From: Candidatus Binatia bacterium
GTDB lineage: Bacteria; Verrucomicrobiota; Verrucomicrobiia; Limisphaerales; UBA8199
Assembly (NCBI GenBank): GCA_035566895.1
Contig: DATMQA010000120.1
Location: 15,436-79,435 of the forward strand
Direction of reading: 5' to 3'
Length of the DNA: 64,000 bases
Below the pieces are notes generated by a model that saw nothing but the letters and a program-made list of their open reading frames with translations, made no database searches and was not told the origin of the DNA. Positions 7,823-16,599 of this stretch are shown here, in pieces (within the stretch, counting starts at the first letter, position 1; every line of letters starts with the position of its first letter). The position numbers and the translations under genes are program-made.

Positions 7823-8611
7823 TCAATTTAACCTTTTGCCTGTGTCTTTTTCCACATCCGCCAAAAAGGGCAGGCCCTGCCGGTACCTGCGCAAACCAGC
7901 TAAATCCAATTGTGCGGAAATGACGCCTTCAGCCGCACCGGCGTCAGCCACGAGGTCGCCGTTGAAATCCACGATTACAGAACGGCCGGGGTAATTGTAA
8001 TACGGGTCACGCCCGATTCGGTTTACCCCCACAACGTAGGCCTGATTCTCAATGGCACGGGCCTGCAACAACCGAACCCAATGGACAATGCGCTTCTCAG
8101 GCCAATTCGCGATTACGACAAACAGTTCCGGCTGGTGCGCCGCAGTCACCTCACGAAATAGTTCCGGAAAACGCAAATCATAACAGACGAACGGGGAGGC
8201 CTTGCAGCCGCCCCAGGTAAAAACCACCGGCCGCTCACCCGCCGTGTAGTGGTCGGCCTCGCCGCCCGGCGCAAACGGGCGCAGCTTGGCATAGAAAGCG
8301 AGTAGGTCGCCCGTGGGTGAAAAAACCAGCGCCTTGTTCCGCACCTGGCCATCGCGTCCGCGCATTGCGGCTCCGCCCAGAACGTACACGCCAAATTCCT
8401 TCGCTGCTGCCGCCAAAAATTGCTCCGTCTCGCCGCCGTAGGATTCGGCCATCGCTCCGGTGTTCATGCTGAACCCGGTGGCAAACATCTCCGGCAGCAC
8501 CACCAGCGAGTTTTTCTCGGGAGGACTTTCGGATAACAGGCAGCGCACTTTGGCAAAATTCGTCGGCTTATCTTCCCAGGCAATGTCGATTTGAAGAGCG
8601 ATTACCTTCAC
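7823..8611 (-). CDS. Carbon-nitrogen hydrolase (nitrilase/omega-amidase superfamily)
   Basis: The Glu-Lys-Cys triad context is present: LVVLPEMFATGF ... CYDLRFPELF. GTG start. Confidence 0.85.
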   Translation of the reverse strand: MKVIALQIDIAWEDKPTNFAKVRCLLSESPPEKNSLVVLPEMFATGFSMNTGAMAESYGGETEQFLAAAAKEFGVYVLGGAAMRGRDGQVRNKALVFSPTGDLLAFYAKLRPFAPGGEADHYTAGERPVVFTWGGCKASPFVCYDLRFPELFREVTAAHQPELFVVIANWPEKRIVHWVRLLQARAIENQAYVVGVNRIGRDPYYNYPGRSVIVDFNGDLVADAGAAEGVISAQLDLAGLRRYRQGLPFLADVEKDTGKRLN

Positions 8612-8752
8612 CGGCGCCTACCCTAGCCGTGACCTATGTCTGAACCAAGTCACAAACGAAGCTGATTGATCATTACCCATCATTTCCCCCCAATTCTCCT
8701 CCGCTTTCTACTCGCTTTAGCACCCCTAAACGCGTACAAAATCAGCTTTGTT

Positions 8753-10573
8753 GTGAGCACAACGACCTTCGAGAGCAGCGATACCGCGAGGCATGCCCGG
8801 CCTCTGCGTTTCGGCAAGTCCGTCACTTTGGACCAGCCGCTGGAGTTGGAATTGGGCAGGCATCTGCCCAGCATCACCGTCTTCTACGAAACCTACGGAC
8901 AGCTTAACGCCGCCCGGGACAATGCCGTCCTGGTGTGCCATGCCATCAGCGGCGACTCGCATGTCGCCCAGCACGAGCCCCAGGACGATCCCGGCTGGTG
9001 GGATATTGTAGTAGGCCCCGGCAAGGTCATCGATACCAACCGGTTCTTCGTGATTTGTCCCAACCTGTTGGGGGGTTGCCGCGGAACCAGCGGCCCGGGC
9101 AGCCTCAACCCCATCTCCGGCAAACCTTATGGCCGGGATTTCCCTACCGTGACGGTCGGTGACATGGTGGAGGTGCAACGCCGACTGCTCAACCATCTCG
9201 GCATCGACCAACTGCTGGCGGTCGTCGGCGGCTCCCTGGGCGGGCACCAGGCGCTAACCTGGGCCATCCGTAATCCCGAGCGAGTGCGCGGTGTCGTCGC
9301 GCTGGCAACGTCGCCCCGACTCACCAGCCAGGCGCTGGCCTTTGATGTTGTCGGCCGAAACGCCATTCTCCGCGACCCTCATTTTAATGGCGGCCAGTAC
9401 TACGGCCATCAACCGGGCCCCACCGTAGGCCTGGCCCTGGCGCGCATGATCGGCCATATCACCTATCTTTCGCCACAAGCCATGACCGAAAAATTCGAGG
9501 CTGACCGGCTGCACCCGCGCGACGTCGCCGTTGAGTTCGAAAAGAAATTCTCCGTCGGCTCGTATCTGGGGTATCAGGGGGCAAAATTTGTCGAACGTTT
9601 CGACGCCAACAGCTATGTGACTCTCTCCCTGGCCATGGACTTGTTTGACCTCGGTGGTACCCCCGAACAGCTCGCTGCGGCTTTCCGGCCGGCCCGGTGT
9701 CGTTGGCTGGTCGCCAGCTTCTCCAGCGACTGGTTGTTTCCCCCCGACCAGTCCCGCGCCATCGTTAACGCCCTGATTGCCAATAAGGCCCCCGTCAGCT
9801 TCTGCAACGTGCAAAGCGCCTGCGGGCATGACGCCTTTCTGCTGCCGGACGAACTGAAGATTTACGGTGAGATGATGCGCGCCTTCCTCGAGAACCTCGC
9901 CCCCGCCGGCAACTTGCACGCGCCGGTGAAAGATGGCCCGCATGGACCGACCAGCATCTTCCACCAACACCGGCTCGACTACGACCGGATCGTCGAACTC
10001 GTCCCGCCAGGGGCCAGTGTGCTTGACCTCGGTTGCGGCTCCGGGGGTCTGCTGGCGCGGCTAAGGCAGGGCGACCACCGGCGGCTGGTCGGCGTGGAGC
10101 TGGATGAGAAAAACATTCTCACCTGCATCGATCGCGGGTTGGATGTCGTCCAACTTGACTTGAACCAGGGACTGGGCGTCTTTGCGACAGCGGAGTTCGA
10201 TTGCGTGCTCCTCTCCCAGACGCTGCAAGCCATCTATGATGTCGAGCGCGTGCTCATGGAAATGGTTCGCATCGGCCGGACTTGCATCGTCAGCATTCCC
10301 AATTTCGCCTATCATCCTCTGCGCCGGATGCTGGCCGAAGAGGGGCGCGCCCCCAAATCCGGCGGCGTCCTTCGCTACGAGTGGTACAACACGCCGAACA
10401 TCCGTTTCTTTACCCTCGCGGATTTCGAAGATTTTTGCCTCCAGAAACACCTCCGCGTCCACAAACGCATCGCTCTGGATACCGAAGCGGCCAAAGAAGT
10501 CTTTGACGACCCAAACCGGAATGCGGATCTGGCGATTTTTGTCATTAGTAAAGAACCGCTGGGCAGTCGTTGA
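8753..10573 (+). CDS. metX: Fused homoserine O-acetyltransferase (MetX) and MetW
   Basis: N-terminal alpha/beta-hydrolase MetX (VLVCHAISGDSH, VVGGSLGGHQAL). C-terminal MetW (HRLDYDRIVELVPPGASVLDLGCGSGGLL ... YEWYNTPNIRFFTLADFEDFC). Both lie in one uninterrupted frame. GTG 8753 is more plausible than the listed TTG 8666. Confidence 0.88.
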   Translation: MSTTTFESSDTARHARPLRFGKSVTLDQPLELELGRHLPSITVFYETYGQLNAARDNAVLVCHAISGDSHVAQHEPQDDPGWWDIVVGPGKVIDTNRFFVICPNLLGGCRGTSGPGSLNPISGKPYGRDFPTVTVGDMVEVQRRLLNHLGIDQLLAVVGGSLGGHQALTWAIRNPERVRGVVALATSPRLTSQALAFDVVGRNAILRDPHFNGGQYYGHQPGPTVGLALARMIGHITYLSPQAMTEKFEADRLHPRDVAVEFEKKFSVGSYLGYQGAKFVERFDANSYVTLSLAMDLFDLGGTPEQLAAAFRPARCRWLVASFSSDWLFPPDQSRAIVNALIANKAPVSFCNVQSACGHDAFLLPDELKIYGEMMRAFLENLAPAGNLHAPVKDGPHGPTSIFHQHRLDYDRIVELVPPGASVLDLGCGSGGLLARLRQGDHRRLVGVELDEKNILTCIDRGLDVVQLDLNQGLGVFATAEFDCVLLSQTLQAIYDVERVLMEMVRIGRTCIVSIPNFAYHPLRRMLAEEGRAPKSGGVLRYEWYNTPNIRFFTLADFEDFCLQKHLRVHKRIALDTEAAKEVFDDPNRNADLAIFVISKEPLGSR

Positions 10574-10697
10574 GCCAGATGACGCCTCATTTGGAATCCA
10601 AGGTTCCCTTGCCCGCCAAATGAGAAATAAGTGCCGAACCCGACGCACTTTGTCGAGGTCATTAGCATAAACTTGTGGCGATACAAAGTTGATGCTG

Positions 10698-12290
10698 TCA
10701 ATGCATTTTCTCGAAATAGCAGAGTTCGTCATAGGCGACGGGTATTGAAACTCGGGCAGGCCCGGCGTACCGTTTCCCGTCAAATCCTTTCCAAGCTCCA
10801 ATAGGAAGGATAACGTCTCTGTGGCACGCGCCTCTCTCCAAAACCGGCGCAACGAGGATCCTATCGCCCAACATGAACTGATCGTTCACTCGCTCATACC
10901 ATTGATGTGGAAAGACATATTCCATGGAGCGAACCGCTGGTTCGCCGGTCAAAGCCGATTCCCGCACCAGACCTAGAATATAATTTTTATGCTTCTCCCT
11001 TACCCTAACTGCTTTGAGAACGGCCTCGAGGTGGGATTTATCCAGAACACGCCAGGGCGCCACTGAGAACTGCATCATGGGCATCAGAGCGTGGCACTGT
11101 GCGGAACGCACGACCAACTCCTGGTCAAGGGTCGAGCCCGTCTGAAATGATTTATATTCGCCCCCTCCTATCATGTCGGGGCAGGAAAATGGGTAACCCA
11201 TCAATCCCTCAAGTAGCATGTTTGGCACTAGCTTTCTAAGATCCGACCAGGAGTGATCTTTGTCCCTCAGACGTTCCGCCAGGGGCTGGCCCCCCATTTT
11301 CCACATGGCCCGGTATTCATTGAGCGGATATTGAAGCCCAATCTTCCCATACAACTCGGATTGAGTATTGGGTGGCACCGACTTGGACGCCATCGCCCCC
11401 TTGTAGAAGGAGCTGTCGCCCCCGTCGAACTTGAATCCATCTACTTGATAAGTTGACTGCAGATGGTCCAGCCGCGAACGAAACCAGGCCGCGGCCTCAG
11501 GGTTGGTAAAGTCGAGCAAGGCGCTCTCGCCGTTCCACCACTTGATCGACGCGACGGCGCCCGAAGGCTCTTTCAAGAGAAGATTCCGCCTCGCTAGCTC
11601 TTGGTAAACTTCGCAGTTGGTATTAACAAAAGGGCAGATCCAGAGCATCACTTTGAAACCGCGCTGGTGCAGATGGTCGATCATCGCTTTCGGATCGGGA
11701 AACTTGTCTCTCTTAAATTCCCATTGCCCGTAATTCTGCTGCCAGTTGTCATCGATCATCAAAACTCCCGGAGGAAAACCATTGTCCTGAATGCCCGTGG
11801 CGTATTTCAATATGTCCGTTTGGTTCTGATCATACTTCAATTCAATCCACGTATTGTACTGCGGGGCCAAAAACAACAGTTCGTCGGGGATCCTTCCGGA
11901 AGGAGGAAAATATGTTCTACTCGCATAGAGAAATGCGTCGCGAAGCGAATCGCCGCATTTTGCTTGGCGCAACCGGCCGCCTCTGGTTTCGACCGTCAGG
12001 CTGCTTTGCGACAATTGAATCGCGAAGGCGTCGTCAGACCATATGACATCGCCCTGACTCGACAAGAGCAAAGGTTGGCTCTGATTTCCGTAAGTATCGC
12101 CGCACATATCTGCCTGATAACCGTCGGCCAGCGGCATCCGGAAGCCATGTTCAATAATGCCCGCCCACCAACAGGCGTTGGTTGAGGTTGAAACAGCGAC
12201 GCGAGTCACATCCAGGCCGGGTAAAGATTCGGCATCGACCCAATAAGGACCTGCGGCGAGCATCAGAAACAGGAATCGTGAGGCTTTCAT
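10698..12290 (-). CDS. Glycoside hydrolase, GH31-like (clan GH-D TIM barrel), secreted
   Basis: Signal peptide MKASRFLFLMLAAG. LMIDDNWQ...FPDPKAMIDHLHQRGFKVMLWICPFV and VDGFKFDGGD resemble the GH31 VDxFKTDFGE nucleophile region. ATG at 12290. Confidence 0.7.
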   Translation of the reverse strand: MKASRFLFLMLAAGPYWVDAESLPGLDVTRVAVSTSTNACWWAGIIEHGFRMPLADGYQADMCGDTYGNQSQPLLLSSQGDVIWSDDAFAIQLSQSSLTVETRGGRLRQAKCGDSLRDAFLYASRTYFPPSGRIPDELLFLAPQYNTWIELKYDQNQTDILKYATGIQDNGFPPGVLMIDDNWQQNYGQWEFKRDKFPDPKAMIDHLHQRGFKVMLWICPFVNTNCEVYQELARRNLLLKEPSGAVASIKWWNGESALLDFTNPEAAAWFRSRLDHLQSTYQVDGFKFDGGDSSFYKGAMASKSVPPNTQSELYGKIGLQYPLNEYRAMWKMGGQPLAERLRDKDHSWSDLRKLVPNMLLEGLMGYPFSCPDMIGGGEYKSFQTGSTLDQELVVRSAQCHALMPMMQFSVAPWRVLDKSHLEAVLKAVRVREKHKNYILGLVRESALTGEPAVRSMEYVFPHQWYERVNDQFMLGDRILVAPVLERGACHRDVILPIGAWKGFDGKRYAGPARVSIPVAYDELCYFEKMH

Positions 12291-12369
12291 GGGCACTCGG
12301 AGGGGCCGTTTGGCAAGAGCTGAGTCTGACTAAGCGGGCGCCGGCCAGGCTGGCGCCCACGGAATTTCA

Positions 12370-13980
12370 TTACTGGTGGAATAATCCGAAGAAACAATTC
12401 GTGGGCGCATGGGAAAACACCTGATTGAGCGCGGATTGATTCACGACGACCATCCGCTGAACCCCAGCCACGTTAAGCCAGCCTGTGGCGGCCGCTGGCA
12501 GACTCGCCCACTGGGAGTTTCCGAGTTTATATTTCAGATTGTCCGTTGCGTAGAGATTCGTGAAGCCTGCGTCCGGCAGGGGCCACGTCACCACGTATTT
12601 CGCGTCCGGCGCAGTGATGAAAACACCGTTGGGATCGGCAGCGTTAAAGGCCCAAACGTTGGTATTAAGAACGTAGGGCTGGCCGGGCGTTCCACTGGCG
12701 ACGAAATTATCGTCGATGGCGCCTGCGGCGCCTGTGATCGAGATTCGACTGAAGGTGGATAACTGCCCAATATTCGCATTGGCGGTCGGCTCGGTTCCAA
12801 AGTAGGCAAAGAGAGGATCGGCGAAGCGCGCTGCATCACTGGCGGGGATGGTGAGGTTCGTGCTGGTCCCGTTCGGAGCTATGAGCATAACGTTCGTATT
12901 GTGGTCAAAGCTTAAGCTCCATTTTCCCAAAGGACCGGAAGCACACTGTAACACGAGGTTGGAAATTAAAGTTCCATCGCTGGGGTCACTGACCTTGTAT
13001 CCGAAATGGCCGCTCGCGGTATTGTCTGGGTTCACGCTGACGTAAAAGTCCACGACATCGGCCGAATCCCAGTCAATGTTCAGGTCAATGGGGGGGCCGA
13101 TCATGCCCGCTTTGGGTACGAGGTAGAGTTGGGATTGAAATCCCGAATAATTGGTTCCCGGACAAGCGGCGATGTCCATGGAATACGTGGTGGTATTGGA
13201 AACGGCCGTGGCCGTATTCCAGGAATAGTTGTCGTTGACCGTGGCGACCATCTGGCGTTGCCACGTACCTCCGGGTTGGCTGGCGACGCAAGTCAGTCCC
13301 GCTGGCCGCGCTGGCGCGATGGACAGCGCCGGTCGGTTCGTGTGGACCGTGGCTGGAGCAGTAAATACGATGTTATCAATCCAACAGGCGACGGTATTGG
13401 TAAAGCTGCCTCCGCCGTTGGAAATAAGCCCAATAACGGCTTCGCTATTTGTTCCGGCTGGCACTCCGGAGAAGTAGCCGCGAATGTGTTGCCAGCCGTT
13501 TGTCGCAGAAAGCGGCGCCCAGCCGAGCACCGTGGTCCATGGATTATTTACAATGAACTCGATCGCCCCGTAGGTTCCATCCACCGCTGGAAACGAGTTG
13601 GTGACATCAATCTTAACGTCAACGTCAAAGTTTATGTAGTCGGCAGGGTTGAACGGCGGCGTGTAGAAAGCGATTTGGACATCGTTCCAACTCTGGTTCC
13701 AATTGGGATCGCTGTGAAGCGGCCAGTTTACGGTCAGGTACATCGAGCCGCTGCTTGGATTCCCTGTGGAATCCTGGTTCGGATCCCAAACTTCAGTGTG
13801 GCTATAAGCATAGCTTCTAAAGTTCTGCCAGTCAATTCCGCTGATGGCGGTATCGAAGCTATTGACGACTAAGTCATCAGCCATTGCCAGTCGCGCCAGG
13901 CACAGCAGCGCAAGGCTAACGAAGCCTGGGAGGAGACCGCGCTGGGTAATCGATTTGCGTCTAATATTTCGTGTTTTCAT
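12370..13980 (-). CDS. Secreted hypothetical protein (CBM-like N-terminal region, beta-rich)
   Basis: Signal peptide (LLPGFVSLALLCLARLAMA). Asn/Thr/Trp-rich beta-sandwich-like composition and no catalytic motif that I recognise. It sits inside the CAZyme gene string. Confidence 0.6.
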   Translation of the reverse strand: MKTRNIRRKSITQRGLLPGFVSLALLCLARLAMADDLVVNSFDTAISGIDWQNFRSYAYSHTEVWDPNQDSTGNPSSGSMYLTVNWPLHSDPNWNQSWNDVQIAFYTPPFNPADYINFDVDVKIDVTNSFPAVDGTYGAIEFIVNNPWTTVLGWAPLSATNGWQHIRGYFSGVPAGTNSEAVIGLISNGGGSFTNTVACWIDNIVFTAPATVHTNRPALSIAPARPAGLTCVASQPGGTWQRQMVATVNDNYSWNTATAVSNTTTYSMDIAACPGTNYSGFQSQLYLVPKAGMIGPPIDLNIDWDSADVVDFYVSVNPDNTASGHFGYKVSDPSDGTLISNLVLQCASGPLGKWSLSFDHNTNVMLIAPNGTSTNLTIPASDAARFADPLFAYFGTEPTANANIGQLSTFSRISITGAAGAIDDNFVASGTPGQPYVLNTNVWAFNAADPNGVFITAPDAKYVVTWPLPDAGFTNLYATDNLKYKLGNSQWASLPAAATGWLNVAGVQRMVVVNQSALNQVFSHAPTNCFFGLFHQ

Positions 13981-14014
13981 ACTGCGTTCATTGGTTTGGT
14001 TGATTCATTGGTGT

Positions 14015-15604
14015 TTACTGCGAGCCGACCACACGGTAGAAGCGCGCTGGTGATGAAATCCCATCGGTAACGCGCCATCCCGACGTGCTGGTATTTGTTG
14101 ATAGTAATTGAGACCAGACCACAAAATCGGATGTGCCCAGAACGGCCCAGGCTCCGGGCGCCGCATTGCTGACGTCGAGGTCAAAGCCGGAGGGGGACAG
14201 ACTGCCATGTAACGATGGCTTCGCCGGAGCAGACACAATCGACACCTGTCCCAGGGTAAGCCAGCCGGGAAGGTCAGCGCCTTGCGCGACGTTTGCTAAG
14301 GAGAGCGGCACACCGTTGGCAAGCGGATTTTGCCCGCGCAGCAGGAGCTTATATTGGCCGGTTCCCAGGCCGTGATTTGCTTGGGACCAACTCCAAACAC
14401 TATTCGTCCCCGCGGGAAGGAGGGACGAAAGTTTCCAGGTCGTGGTCCATGTCCTTACGAGCGAGTTGCTGCCGTTAAGAGCACCCAATTGCAGGGGCCA
14501 GTCATAGTAAAACGGCGCCACGCCCGTGTTCCAAATTTGTACGCTTAGGTTCAGCGGCCCGGAAACAGCAGCATCCACAAGGATCGCGTTGGAAACATAC
14601 AGTTCATAGCCCAACATGCCGCTGCCCGCCAGCGCCAGGGCCTTCTGCTGTCCGGTGAAGCCGGGAGAGAAAACGCCCTGGTTCAACATCCACGAAGCGT
14701 GGGTGAGAGCGACGCAATTGGTGAACTCCTGACCCGCTGGCACACAATTCGCCTGCGTGGGGTCCCACAGGCACAGTTGGTTCGGGGGGTAAACCTCGCC
14801 GCCGATGGGCTGGGTGCGCCACTTGTTTGTTTCACTCGCGGCCTTCAACAGGCCCAGAAACATCCAGCCTGGGGGGTCGATGGTTTGATAAGCAAATGAA
14901 TCGTCATGGTACCCGAGTTGCCGCGCGGACGGATTTGTTCCAGCCGGCCTGCGGACGAGCAATTTCGTCTTGGCGAAGGCGGCTCCGTACGCCGTCAGGA
15001 CTTCGTCCTGCACGGCCGTGGAAGCAAACCAGTTCGTGTATGGATAGTTATGCCATTCGCCCCAGAAGCCGAGCAGCCCAACGGTGATGAAGCCGATCCT
15101 GGGATCGCCATCGTAGCGCGCCCCCAGCGCAGCGATAAAATTGGTCAAGGCCTGGTCCAGGAGCGGGTTCTCGTAATCCGGCGACACGCTCAGGCCGTTG
15201 TTGCCGTAATCGGTATAACTGTGCGTCACGAGGCCCGCGTCCAGCAAATACTGGGGTATGCCGGTAGGTTCTGCCGGATAATCCAAATAAACGCGAAACA
15301 CGGTTTGATGCCCGCGACTGGCGACGGTGCTGAGCAAAGCATCAAGACTGGACCAGTCGAAGTTCGTTGGCCCGGTCATCAATGAGCGCAACGGGAGATA
15401 ACTCCACTCCATGCTGTAAGGGAAAGTCGAGTAACTGCCGACATACGGCATAAAGCCCTTCAGGGGATTGTTCGTCAACGGCGCAGAGCGCAAGAGCGAA
15501 TAAGAATTCGTTGCTGCCACTGCCAACCCTCCGGGACAGAATAAACACGCCGCGCAGAGCAGCCCGGGGGCAAACTGAAGCGGTCTTACCACGACGGGGT
15601 GCAT
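14015..15604 (-). CDS. Secreted DUF4832-like putative glycosyl hydrolase
   Basis: Signal peptide. RVYLDYPAEPTGIPQYL...GFITVGLLGFWGEWH resembles the DUF4832 GxWGEWH signature. The C-terminal beta domain ends ...RFYRVVGSQ. Confidence 0.55.
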   Translation of the reverse strand: MHPVVVRPLQFAPGLLCAACLFCPGGLAVAATNSYSLLRSAPLTNNPLKGFMPYVGSYSTFPYSMEWSYLPLRSLMTGPTNFDWSSLDALLSTVASRGHQTVFRVYLDYPAEPTGIPQYLLDAGLVTHSYTDYGNNGLSVSPDYENPLLDQALTNFIAALGARYDGDPRIGFITVGLLGFWGEWHNYPYTNWFASTAVQDEVLTAYGAAFAKTKLLVRRPAGTNPSARQLGYHDDSFAYQTIDPPGWMFLGLLKAASETNKWRTQPIGGEVYPPNQLCLWDPTQANCVPAGQEFTNCVALTHASWMLNQGVFSPGFTGQQKALALAGSGMLGYELYVSNAILVDAAVSGPLNLSVQIWNTGVAPFYYDWPLQLGALNGSNSLVRTWTTTWKLSSLLPAGTNSVWSWSQANHGLGTGQYKLLLRGQNPLANGVPLSLANVAQGADLPGWLTLGQVSIVSAPAKPSLHGSLSPSGFDLDVSNAAPGAWAVLGTSDFVVWSQLLSTNTSTSGWRVTDGISSPARFYRVVGSQ

Positions 15605-15628
15605 ATTGAGTGTGCGACGAAAGCGAGG

Positions 15629-16438
15629 TTATTTAGGCGCCGGTATCGTGGAGGGAACCACCCAATTTTTGTGCCAATCTAAAGTCCAAAGATTTTGCAG
15701 CCTGACCGGGCCCGTGTGGCCGTCCAGGAAGGCAATCTCTATCCCGCCAACCAGACCCGAACTCAAGGTGATGTTTCTCGGCGCTGCGGTGGGAGCCACT
15801 CCGAGATGTCGCGCTACGGAGTATCGTCCCATAAACGACATGTTGCTGCCGTTGTACAAATCTTTGGCAGGTCCTTCGGTCTCTGCCGGCCACCCATCCA
15901 CCCACACGGCGTCCGCGAAGAGCGGCGTGTTCGATGATTTCAGCACACTGGCTTCGGAGGCGAATTTCCAGTCGTCCGACGCGCCGAGCATTAACCCACT
16001 GATGGAATAGTTGCCGGTATAAAGCCACCCATTATAGGCGTAACTGCCCGTGAAGTTGGTTTTATAAGGAAACCACTGCCACTTTTGGTCCGCGGCCCCA
16101 AACGTGTATTGCGGGCTTATAATCATGCGAGTCGTGGGGGCGCTCGCTGAAGGGCAGACCCGCGCGGCGTCCACCCGAGCATAATAAGTTAGCAGTGTAT
16201 CCATCCACAAATTCTCGTCGTACGTGTACTGAAATGATTTGCTAAAGTCACTGAGATACATTGCATGCGCCAAACACAATTGTCTGACGTTGTTGACACA
16301 CTGGATATCTTTGGCTTTTTGTTTGGCTCGCGAGAGGGCGGGCAAAAGCATCGCTGCCAGGATGGCAATGATGGCAATGACGACCAGCAATTCGATCAGT
16401 GTGAATGCTGTCCAAAGTGACTTCTTTCTTGTTTTCAT
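15629..16438 (-). CDS. Prepilin-type N-terminal cleavage/methylation protein (DUF1559 / H-X9-DG type)
   Basis: [39 protein letters not shown]... and a C-terminal FLDGH motif. Confidence 0.85.
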   Translation of the reverse strand: MKTRKKSLWTAFTLIELLVVIAIIAILAAMLLPALSRAKQKAKDIQCVNNVRQLCLAHAMYLSDFSKSFQYTYDENLWMDTLLTYYARVDAARVCPSASAPTTRMIISPQYTFGAADQKWQWFPYKTNFTGSYAYNGWLYTGNYSISGLMLGASDDWKFASEASVLKSSNTPLFADAVWVDGWPAETEGPAKDLYNGSNMSFMGRYSVARHLGVAPTAAPRNITLSSGLVGGIEIAFLDGHTGPVRLQNLWTLDWHKNWVVPSTIPAPK

Positions 16439-16559
16439 GACAAGCTGATTTTATGCGCACGCGGTCCGGGAGCCGAATACCCGAGCCGTAATCTGGCTGA
16501 TAGAATGCCATTAACGAAGCGGTCTTGACTACCTGCACAATGATGTAGCTTGAAGACGC

Positions 16560-16588
16560 TTGTTGCCGTGGCCCAGCAATCTTATAAT
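16560..16588 (+). promoter_or_regulatory. Candidate sigma70-type promoter for the kinase/regulator operon (near-leaderless)
   Basis: TTGTTG (16560-16565), a 17-nt spacer, then a perfect TATAAT (16583-16588). The kinase ATG is at 16600. Confidence 0.35.
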
Positions 16589-16599
16589 TCAACGTCCGA

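Noticed and set aside
8666-8752. Listed TTG start giving MetX a hydrophobic 29-aa N-terminal extension (MIITHHFPPILLRFLLALAPLNAYKISFV)
   Set aside because: MetX is cytoplasmic and family N-termini begin close to the …F…L.LE.G motif. The in-frame GVG-type GTG at 8753 gives the expected length. The extension is probably untranslated leader.
10586-10624. Hairpin CTCATTTGG-N21-CCAAATGAG between the convergent metX-metW and GH31-like genes, considered as a terminator
   Set aside because: It has a 9-bp AT-rich stem, a large loop and no U/T tract on either strand. It is plausible as a weak bidirectional 3' structure but is not supported well enough to call.
12336-12358. GC hairpin GGGCGCC-N9-GGCGCCC between two same-strand CAZyme-locus genes
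   Set aside because: No U-tract follows it in the transcribed (minus) orientation. It is probably an intra-operon stem-loop of unknown significance, and I do not call it a terminator.
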